A stretch of 64,000 bases of DNA from the NCBI GenBank assembly GCA_046563655.1, contig CM102286.1, positions 8,184,001 through 8,248,000 of the forward strand. Direction: 5' to 3'. The notes below the pieces were generated by a model. That model ran no database searches and was not told the DNA's origin. It saw nothing but the letters and a program-made list of their open reading frames with translations. Made by a program: the position numbers and the translations under genes. Below are positions 54,130 to 64,000 of this stretch, piece by piece. The first letter of the stretch is position 1, and every line of letters starts with the position of its first letter. Origin of the DNA: Yuukianura sp. NJ FZ-2021. Taxonomy: Eukaryota.

Positions 54130-55200
54130 CTTTTGCAACTTTTATCGTCTGTATCTCTGTAACCGTAGATCAAAGGTCAAGGTCACATTTAGAAAAGTTG
54201 TTCAGCCTAATGCGATAAACAACTTTTGTAGAGGTCATTTTCCCCGATTTCCGTCATTAAAGTATTTGACCTTGACATTTGACCTGGACAACCTAAGCTG
54301 GACACTAATTAGACACCCCTGGAACATGTGAAGCGCAAATGTGAAGACAGATTGAAAATCGCTCCAGTGGTTCTGGAGTTATAAACGCGAATATCACGAG
54401 TGACCCTATTATGCAACTTCTAAGGTCTATATCTCCAGAACCCCAGGTCAAAGGTCAAGGTCACCTATACAAAAGTTGTTCGAATGGATGAGATGGATAA
54501 CTTTTGTAAGGGTCATTTTCCCCATTTCCGTCAAAAGTGTATTTGACCTTGACCTTTGACCTGGACCTGGACAACATCTGGTCAAGCTGGACACGGATTA
54601 GACACCCCTGGAACATGTGAAGCGCAAATGTGAAGACAGATTGAAAATCGCTCCAGTGGTTCTGGAGTTATAAACGCGAATATCACGAGTGACCCTATTA
54701 TGCAACTTCTAAGGTCTATATCTCCAGAACCCCAGGTCAAAGGTCAAGGTCATCTATACAAAAGTTGTTCGTATCGATGAGATGGATAACTTTTGTAAGG
54801 GTCATTTTCCCCATTTCCGTCAAAAGTGTATTTGACCTTGACCTTTGACCTGGACCTGGACAACTTCCGGTCAAGCTGGACACTCATTAGACACCCCTGG
54901 AACATGTGAAGCGCAAATGTAAAAACAGATTGAAAATCGCTCCAGTGGTTCTGGAGTTATAAACGCGAATATCACGAGTGACCCCATTATGCAACTTCTA
55001 AGGTCTACATCTCCAGAACCCCAGGCCAAAGGTCAAGGTCACCTATACAAAAGTTGTTCGTCTTGATGAGATGAATAACTTTTGTAAGGGTCATTTTCCC
55101 AAGTTCCGTCAAAAATGTACTTGACCTTGACCTTTGACCCTTAAGGGGTCTACTTCCGGCCAAGTGGGTCACCGATTGTTCACCCCCAGACCATGTCAAG
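54130..55200. repeat. 289-bp central tandem repeats of the DINE-like element (~3.5 copies)
   Basis: AGACACCCCTGGAACATGTG at 54311, 54600 and 54889. Confidence 0.9.
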
Positions 55201-55258
55201 TTCATCTGTAAAGACAGATTGAAAATCGGTCCAGCGGTTCCAGAGCTAGCTTGACCAG

Positions 55259-55327
55259 CAGACGGACAGACAGACGGACAGACAGACGGACAGACAGACG
55301 GACAGACAGACGGACAGACAGACAGAC
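55259..55327. repeat. (GACA/GACG)n microsatellite
   Basis: Read directly; it is (GTCY)n on the minus strand. Confidence 0.95.
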
Positions 55328-55366
55328 TCGGGGAAAAACATAAAGTAGCTCATGCTTTCGCTACTT

Positions 55367-55471
55367 AATAACGCAACCACGGACAATTATCTTTCGTAAA
55401 ACATATCGAGAAATTTTTACCCTGAATGTTGACAGCGCGATGTTTCTAAAAAATTAAAAATAGATAGGTGA
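55367..55471. repeat. Terminal ~105-bp stub of satellite B
   Basis: Resumes in register after the insertion (aataacgcaaccacggac...tagataggtga). Confidence 0.95.
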
Positions 55472-55895
55472 GTAATCCGACGTCATATTGTTTGCGAAGG
55501 TGAGCTCCCGACAAACTCATTTTTTTAGCAGTGAAACAATCGACCTACCTGCAAGTGACATACATCAAAACACTCGGAATTCGCTACTTCATCGACTGGA
55601 ATCAAAGACTCACCGTTTGGAATCGGTTAGCTACACTTAATGGTAAAAACAACTTCCACTATTCTTAATCAGCTGACACTAATCGGATCGACACCCCAGC
55701 TGCTTCAATACCTCTGTATAAGCCGGCGAACAAGTTAAAAGTCACCTAGATCATCCAGTAGTAAGTCCGCTATCCAAATCACTTGTAACTATAACTGACT
55801 TGACCCTGTTAACAGCAAATTAATCGGTTAACACGTCAAATATGACATTTCTGTCGTTTCCGAGGTTTGGTCACTCTCCACCCTCTTCCCTAATT

Positions 55896-56017
55896 TCCCG
55901 ATTCAGGGAACCCTACCTAATCCTCTGACAACCTAAAATCCCGATTCAGGGAACCCTGCCTAATCCTCTGACAACCTAAAATCCCGATTTTGGGAACTCT
56001 ATCTAATCCTCTGACAA
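55896..56017. repeat. 43-bp minisatellite, ~3 copies
   Basis: CCCGATT...TAATCCTCTGACAA at 55897, 55940 and 55983. Confidence 0.9.
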
Positions 56018-56085
56018 GCAGATATCTCATCATCCCAATCCTCGCATCCTGCGCTGAAATCTCCGATTCAGGAGTTATTTGAAAA

Positions 56086-56646
56086 TTTCCAATCAACGAA
56101 TTCTCGCTGCAGAGATTTGTCAAAAACAATTTCGAATTAAGGAATTCTCACTTCAGAGACTCGTCAAAACAATTTCCAATTAAGGAATTCTCACTTCAGA
56201 GATTTGTCAAAACAATTTCCAATTAAGGAATTCTCAATTCAGAGACTTGGCAAAAACAATTTCCAATTGAGGAATTCTCACATCAGAGATTTGTCAATAA
56301 ACAATTTCCAATTAAGGAATTCTCACTTAGAGATTTGGCAAAAACAATTTCCAATTAAGGAATTCTCACTACAGAGATTTGCCAAAACAATTTCCAATTA
56401 AGGAATTCTCACTACAGAGATTTGCCAAAACAATTTCCAATTAAGGAATTCTCGCTTCAGAGATTTGTCAAAACAATTTCCAATTAAGGAATTCTCAATT
56501 CAGAGATTTGTCAAAAACAATTTCGAATTACGGAATTCTCAATTCAGAGATTTGTCTAGAACAATTTCCAATTAAGGAATTCTCAATTCAGAGATCTATC
56601 AAAAACAATTTCCAATTAAGGAATTCTCAATCCAGAGATTTGTCAA
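56086..56646. repeat. 43/44-bp minisatellite, ~13 copies
   Basis: Unit TTTCCAATTAAGGAATTCTCAxTxCAGAGATTTGxCAAAA(A)CAA. Confidence 0.95.
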
Positions 56647-56837
56647 CTTCAACTCTTTGAAAGATTGATTGAACAAAAAATTGATGCCGATCTCACGTTC
56701 CCCCGTATCACAAAACATGTCTCAAATCACTCTTTCGTTCCTCCCACAAAACAAAGGAAGCAAACGACCTGCCGAATCGGATCCTAACAACGGAAGCGAA
56801 CCATGCTCAAAAAGATCAAATGTCTCGAATGAAGATG

Positions 56838-58005
56838 TTTATCAGTAAAACACTCCGAAAATCAGAAATTCGGTACCACATTTACGAAAACGAGTTGTTC
56901 GCGATTATTTGGGCCTACCGGAAGCTCAGAAGTTCACAATTATTACTGACAACAAAGCCTTATCATTCCTCAACAAGATGAAGGAGCGGAAATCAAAATT
57001 GGCTTTGTGGGATACGGAGATCAAGTCATGGGGTGTTGAAGTCAAGCATCTCTCCGGGAAGGATAATCCGGAGGCGGACGCGCTTTCACGTGCTCCAGTT
57101 CCTGTTGATGTAGCGGATCTCGATTTTGAAGATGATTCCCCGGCGTACATGTACTCGCCAACTGCAGTGGCGTTACTGTCGTTTGATACTCCTACAATCC
57201 AGAAGATGAAAGTCGAACAACGAAAAGATGCTGATTTAGTGAACGTGATGAGTGACATTGAAAGTGGTAAAAGTGTTAAAAGTTACGTCCTAAAGAATGG
57301 CGTACTAGGAAGAGAAGTCAAGGGATTTGACTTCTATTCCGATAACGGCTTCTGCGGAAACTTTATCAAGGGGCGATGTGCGGAAACGAGGCCTCAATCT
57401 TATACATCACTCTAGAGGACGTTGACAAAAAAGAGTTCAGCAGTTCCTCAGCTCGTAAAAGTGAGCCCATTCAGGTGCCAGTGGTACCAAGGGTCATGAT
57501 ACCCGAAATAATGAAGTTACTACATGATGTGCCAGAAGCCGCGCATCTTGGCATCAAAACCACAAAAGTGAAAATCTAGAGAAGATTTTTCTGGAAAAAC
57601 ATGAATAAGGACATCAGTGATTATGTGAAATCTTGTCCAGTTTGCCAAGCAGTCAAGTCTTGCAACTACAAGCCCTTTGGATTACTACAAGCAGTGTCGC
57701 CTCCAACTAAAGTGTTTGAGAAAATCTACATTGATTTTCTAGGGCCCCTGCCGAGAAATCAACATGAGTATTTATTCGTCGTGGAGGACGATTTAACCAA
57801 GTGGGTGGAGTTATTCCCGATGCGGAAAGCAAAATCGAAAAAAGTTGTGGAAGTGTTAGTGGATGAAATTTTTTGTCGTTATGATACTCCGAAGACAGTT
57901 GCCTCGGATAATGGAAGCCAATTTCTCTCCAAAGTGATGATTAAGATGGCTAAGGACTGGAAGATCAACCATGTTCCTGTAAGTCCGTACCATGCGCAAG
58001 CTAAC
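56838..58005 (+). pseudogene. pol: Ty3/Gypsy pol remnant: RNase H C-terminal half and integrase (HHCC + partial DDE core)
   Basis: FISKTLRKSEIRYHIYENELFAIIWA (a frame not in the ORF track), then KFTIITDNKAL...GKDNPEADALSR, HDVPEAAHLG...FFWKNM...CPVCQ and IDFLGPLP...SDNGSQF...SPYHAQAN. The RNaseH-then-integrase order fits Gypsy. It has frameshifts, a premature TAG at 57577, and is cut by satellite C before the catalytic Glu. Confidence 0.93.
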
Positions 58006-58007
58006 AC

Positions 58008-61000
58008 CGGGAAATTCCTATAAGCATGTATATGTTCAAAAACAGCATGAAATTGTATTACCTTAATTTGTTGTTCGTATGTGCAACGGCGGAACACTTT
58101 TTGGTTTCAGCGAATGGAGACCCCTCATAGTGTCACTCAAGGTGCACAGGAATAACAATAGGCTATAAAAGCTGAACATAGGTTGCGCACTATTCGGCAA
58201 GATGAACCCAAAGACGAAGGTATGACCACGGGAAATACCTATAACGCATTTATTTGTTCCAAAAACAGCATGAAATTGTATTACTTTAATTTGTTGTTCG
58301 TATGTGCAACGACGGAACACTTTTTGGTTTCAGCGAATGGAGACCCCTCATAGTGTCACTCAAGGTGCACAGGATTAACAATATGCTATAAAAGCTGAAC
58401 CTAGGTTGCACACTATTCGGCAAGATGAAGCCAAAGACGAAGGTATGACCACGGGAAATTCCTATAACGCATTTATTTGTTCCCCCACAGCATGAAATTG
58501 TATTACTTTAATTTGTTATTCGTATGTGCAACGGCGGAACACTTTTTGGTTTCAGCGAATGGAGACCCCTCATAGTGTCACTCAAGGTGCACAGGAATAA
58601 AAATGTGCTATAAAAGCTGTAGATATGTTGAACACTATACGGCAAGATGAACCCAAAGACGAAGTTATGACCACAGGATATCCCTATAACGCATTTATTT
58701 GTTACAAAAACAGCATGAAATTGTATTACTTTAATTTGTTGGTGGTATGTGCAACGGTGGAAAACTTTTTGGTTTCAGCGAATGGAGATCCCTCATAGTG
58801 TCACTGAAGGTGCACAGGAATAAAAATGTGCTATAAAAGCTGAACATAGGTTGCACACTATACGGCAAGATGGACCCAAAGACGAAGTTATGACCACAGG
58901 ACATCCCTATAACGCATTTATTTGTTCCAAAAACAGCATGAAATTGTATTACTTTATTTGGTTGTTCGTATGTGCAACGACGGAACACTTTTTGGTTTCA
59001 GCGAATGGAGACCCCTCATAGTGTCAGTCAAGGTGCACAGGAATAAAAATGTGCTATAAAAGCTGTAGATATGTTGAACACTATACGGCAAGATGAACCC
59101 AAAGACGAAGTTATGACCACAGGATATCCCTATAACGCATGTATTTGTTACAAAAACAGCATGAAATTGTATTACTTTAATTTGTTGGTGGTATGTGCAA
59201 CGGTGGAAAACTTTTTGGTTTCAGCGAATGGAGATCCCTCATAGTGTCACTGAAGGTGCACAGGAATAAAAATGTGCTATAAAAGCTGTAGATATGTTGA
59301 ACACTATACGGCAAGATGAACCCAAAGACGAAGTCATGACCACAGGAAATCCCTATAACGCATTTATTTGTTCCAAAAACAGCATGAAATGGTAATACTT
59401 TAATTTGTTGTTCGTATGTGCAACGGCGGAACACTTTTTGGTTTCAGCGAATAGAAAACCCCCATAGTGTCACTCAAGGTGCACAGGAATAACAATATGC
59501 TAAAAAAGCTGAACATAGGTTGCACACTATACGGCAAGATGAACCCAAAGACGAAGGTATGACCACGGGAAATTCCTATAACGCAATAACGCATTTATTT
59601 GTTCCCCCACAGCATGAAATTGTATTACTTTAATTTGTTATTCGTATGTGCAACGGCGGAACACTTTTTGGTTTCAGCGAATGGAGACCCCTCATAGTGT
59701 CACTCAAGGTGCACAGGAATAAAAATGTGCTATAAAAGCTGTAGATATGTTGAACACTATACGGCAAGATGAACCCAAAGACGAAGTCATGACCACAGGA
59801 AATCCCTATAACGCATTTATTTGTTCCAAAAACAGCATGAAATGGTAATACTTTAATTTGTTGTTCGTATGTGCAACGGCGGAACACTTTTTGGTTTCAG
59901 CGAATAGAAAACCCCCATAGTGTCACTCAAGGTGCACATGAATAACAATGTGCTATAATAGCTGTACATATGTTGCACAATATTCGGCAAGATGAACCCG
60001 AACAAGAAGGTAAGACCACAGGAATTCCCTATAAAGCATTTGTTTATTCCCCCCACAGCATGAAATTGTATTACTTTATTTGGTTGTTCGTATGTGCAAC
60101 GACGGAACACTTTTTGGTTTCAGCGAATGGAGACCCCTCATAGTGTCACTCAAGGTGCACAGGATTAACAATATGCTATAAAAGCTGAACCTAGGTTGCA
60201 CACTATTCGGCAAGATGAAGCCAAAGACGAAGGTATGACCACGGGAAATTCCTATAACGCATTTATTTGTTCCCCCACAGCATGAAATTGTATTACTTTA
60301 ATTTGTTATTCGTATGTGCAACGGCGGAACACTTTTTGGTTTCAGCGAATGGAGACCCCTCATAGTGTCACTCAAGGTGCACAGGAATAAAAATGTGCTA
60401 TAAAAGCTGTAGATATGTTGAACACTATACGGCAAGATGAACCCAAAGACGAAGTTTTGACCACAGGATATCCCTATAACGCATTTATTTGTTCCAAAAA
60501 CAGCATGAAATTGTATTACTTTAATTTGTTGTTGGTATGTGCAACGGTGGAACACTTTTTGGTTTCAGCGAATGGAGATCCCTCATAGTGTCACTGAAGG
60601 TGCACAGGAATAAAAATGTGCTATAAAAGCTGTAGATATGTTGAACACTATACGGCAAGATGAACCGAAAGACGAAGTCATGACCACAGGAAATCCCTAT
60701 GACGCATTTATTTGTTCCAAAAACAGCATGAAATGGTAATACTTTAATTTGTTGTTCGTATGTGCAACGGCGGAACACTTTTTGGTTTCAGCGAATAGAA
60801 AACCCCCATAGTGTCACTCAAGGTGCACATGAATAACAATGTGCTATAATAGCTGTACATATGTTGCACAATATTCGGCAAGATGAACCCGAACAAGAAG
60901 GTAAGACCACAGGAATTCCCTATAACGCATTTGTTTATTCCACCACAGCATGAAATTGTATTACTTTATTTGGTTGTTCGTATGTGCAACGACAGAACAC

Positions 61001-64000
61001 TTTTTGGTTTCAGCGAATGGAGACCCTCATAGTGTCACTCAAGGTGCACAGGAATAACAATATGCTATAAAAGCTGAACATAGGTTGCACACTATACGGC
61101 AAGATGAACCCAAAGACGAAGTTATGACCACAGGACATCCCTATAACGCATTTATTTGTTCCAAAAACAGCATGAAATTGTATTACTTTATTTGGTTGTT
61201 CGTATGTGCAACGACGGAACACTTTTTGGTTTCAGCGAATGGAGACCCCTCATAGTGTCAGTCAAGGTGCACAGGAATAAAAATGTGCTATAAAAGCTGT
61301 AGATATGTTGAACACTATACGGCAAGATGAACCCAAAGACGAAGTTATGACCACAGGATATCCCTATAACGCATTTATTTGTTACAAAAACAGCATGAAA
61401 TTGTATTACTTTAATTTGTTGGTGGTATGTGCAACGGTGGAAAACTTTTTGGTTTCAGCGAATGGAGATCCCTCATAGTGTCACTGAAGGTGCACAGGAA
61501 TAAAAATGTGCTATAAAAGCTGTAGATATGTTGAACACTATACGGCAAGATGAACCCAAAGACGAAGTCATGACCACAGGAAATCCCTATAACGCATTTA
61601 TTTGTTCCAAAAACAGCATGAAATTGTATTACTTTATTTGGTTGTTCGTATGTGCAACGACGGAACACTTTTTGGTTTCAGCGAATGGAGACCCCTCATA
61701 GTGTCAGTCAAGGTGCACAGGAATAAAAATGTGCTATAAAAGCTGTAGATATGTTGAACACTATACGGCAAGATGAACCCAAAGACGAAGTTATGACCAC
61801 AGGACATCCCTATAACGCATTTATTTGTTCCTAAAACAGCATGAAATTGTATTACTTTATTTGGTTGTTCGTATGTGCAACGACGGAACACTTTTTGGTT
61901 TCAGCGAATGGAGACCCCTCATAGTGTCAGTCAAGGTGCACAGGAATAAAAATGTGCTATAAAAGCTGTAGATATGTTGAACACTATACGGCAAGATGAA
62001 CCCAAAGACGAAGTTATGACCACAGGATATCCCTATAACGCATTTATTTGTTACAAAAACAGCATGAAATTGTATTACTTTAATTTGTTGGTGGTATGTG
62101 CAACGGTGGAAAACTTTTTGGTTTCAGCGAATGGAGATCCCTCATAGTGTCACTGAAGGTGCACAGGAATAAAAATGTGCTATAAAAGCTGTAGATATGT
62201 TGAACACTATACGGCAAGATGAACCCAAAGACGAAGTCATGACCACAGGAAATCCCTATAACGCATTTATTTGTTCCAAAAACAGCATGAAATGGTAATA
62301 CTTTAATTTGTTGTTCGTATGTGCAACGGCGGAACACTTTTTGGTTTCAGCGAATAGAAAACCCCCATAGTGTCACTCAAGGTGCACATGAATAACAATG
62401 TGCTATAATAGCTGTACATATGTTGCACAATATTCGGCAAGATGAACCCGAACAAGAAGGTAAGACCACAGGAATTCCCTATAAAGCATTTGTTTATTCC
62501 CCCCACAGCATGAAATTGTATTACTTTATTTGGTTGTTCGTATGTGCAACGACGGAACACTTTTTGGTTTCAGCGAATGGAGACCCCTCATAGTGTCACT
62601 CAAGGTGCACAGGAATAAAAATGTGCTATAAAAGCTGTAGATATGTTGAACACTATACGGCAAGATGAACCCAAAGACGAAGTCATGACCACAGGAAATC
62701 CCTATAACGCATTTATTTGTTCCAAAAACAGCATGAAATGGTAATACTTTAATTTGTTGTTCGTATGTGCAACGGCGGAAAACTTTTTGGTTTCAGCGAA
62801 TAGAAAACCCCCATAGTGTCACTCAAGGTGCACATGAATAACAATGTGCTATAATAGCTGTGCATATGTTGCACAATATTCGGCAAGATGAACCCGAACA
62901 AGAAGGTAAGACCACAGGAATTCCCTATAACGCATTTGTTTATTCCCCCCACAGCATGAAATTGTATTACTTTATTTGGTTGTTCGTATGTGCAACGACG
63001 GAACACTTTTTGGTTTCAGCGAATGGAGACCCCTCATAGTGTCACTCAAGGTGCACAGGAATAACACTATGCTATAAAAGCTGAACACAGGTTGCACACT
63101 ATACGGCAAGATGAACCCAAAGACGAAGTTATTACCACAGGACATCCCTATAACGCATTTATTTGTTCCAAAAACAGCATGAAATTGTATTACTTTATTT
63201 GGTTGTTCGTATGTGCAACGACGGAACACTTTTTGGTTTCAGCGAATGGAGACCCCTCATAGTGTCACTGAAGGTGCACAGGAATAAAAATGTGCTATAA
63301 AAGCTGTAGATATGTTGAACACTATACGGCAAGATGAACCCAAAGACGAAGTCATGACCACAGGAAATCCCTATAACGCATTTACTTGTTCCAAAAACAG
63401 CATGAAATGGTAATACTTTAATTTGTTGTTCGTATGTGCAACGGCGGAACACTTTTTGGTTTCAGCGAATGGAAAACCCCCATACTGTCACTCAAGGTGC
63501 ACAGGAATAAAAATGTGCTATAAAAGCTGTAGATATGTTGAACACTATACGGCAAGATGAACCCAAAGACGAAGTCATGACCACAGGAAATCCCTATAAC
63601 GCATTTATTTGTTCCAAAAACAGCATGAAATGGTAATACTTTAATTTGTTGTTCGTATGTGCAACGGCGGAACACTTTTTGGTTTCAGCGAATAGAAAAC
63701 CCCCATAGTGTCACTCAAGGTGCACATGAATAACAATGTGCTATAATAGCTGTACATATGTTGCACAATATTCGGCAAGATGAACCCGAACAAGAAGGTA
63801 AGACCACAGGAATTCCCTATAACGCATTTGTTTATTCCCCACAGCATGAAATTGTATTACTTTATTTGGTTGTTCGTATGTGCAACGACGGAACACTTTT
63901 TGGTTTCAGCGAATGGAGACCCCTCATAGTGTCACTCAAGGTGCACAGGAATAACAATATGCTATAAAAGCTGAACATAGGTTGCACACTATACGGCAAG
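58008..64000. repeat. Satellite C, 223-bp tandem array (~27 monomers, open at window end)
   Basis: 223-bp period (ORF-track copies at 62749, 62972, 63195, 63418). Several recurring monomer variants; one 7-bp duplication near 59580. Confidence 0.98.

Larger units (their letters stand above)
53893..55366 (-). mobile_element. DINE-1/HINE-like non-autonomous Helentron (rolling-circle) element inserted in satellite B
   Basis: Subterminal IRs AAGTAGCGAAAG (53919-53930) and CTTTCGCTACTT (55355-55366). Partial IR AAGTAGC (55343-55349). GTCY microsatellite next to the 5' end, central tandem repeats and a short 3' hairpin. Inserted in the satellite's A/T run (agaata|aataacgc) without a clear TSD. Confidence 0.85.

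Noticed and set aside
56086..56646. CRISPR-like array
   Set aside because: Units are contiguous with no unique spacers, there are no cas genes, and the context is eukaryotic TEs.
58063..63967. 85-aa repeated ORFs in satellite C
   Set aside because: The 223-bp period is not a multiple of 3, stops are polymorphic between monomers, and there is no domain signal.
1..64000. Common origin of satellites A, B, C and the 289-bp repeat
   Set aside because: I could see no alignable similarity beyond short A/T tracts. A sensitive alignment would be needed to exclude it.

Overview
Eukaryotic heterochromatin-like window, probably invertebrate (an inference from the element types). It contains no recognisable host gene. 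About 53 kb is three tandem satellites: A (230 bp, 1-4504), B (488/458 bp, ~11134-55471) and C (223 bp, ~58008-64000). Nearly all ORFs in the ORF track are satellite artefacts. The junctions between arrays hold nested transposons. At 4.5-7.0 kb is the 5' part of a Ty3/Gypsy element (LTR, PBS, broken gag), interrupted by a 453-bp solo LTR with a GTCAA TSD. At 7.0-11.1 kb is an APE-RT-CCHC non-LTR retrotransposon (RTE-X-like). A 128-bp TA-flanked MITE is amplified inside satellite B. At 53.9-55.4 kb is a DINE-1/Helentron-like element, followed by 43-bp minisatellites and a Gypsy RNaseH-integrase remnant. The most notable feature is an extra intact 161-aa ORF inside the LINE, between the ORF2 stop and the element's 3' hairpin/poly(A) tail. 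It encodes a predicted signal-peptide plus single-TM membrane protein with an amphipathic helix and a polybasic cytoplasmic motif. This makes it a candidate envelope/fusogen-like accessory gene in a non-LTR retrotransposon; the function is inferred, not shown.
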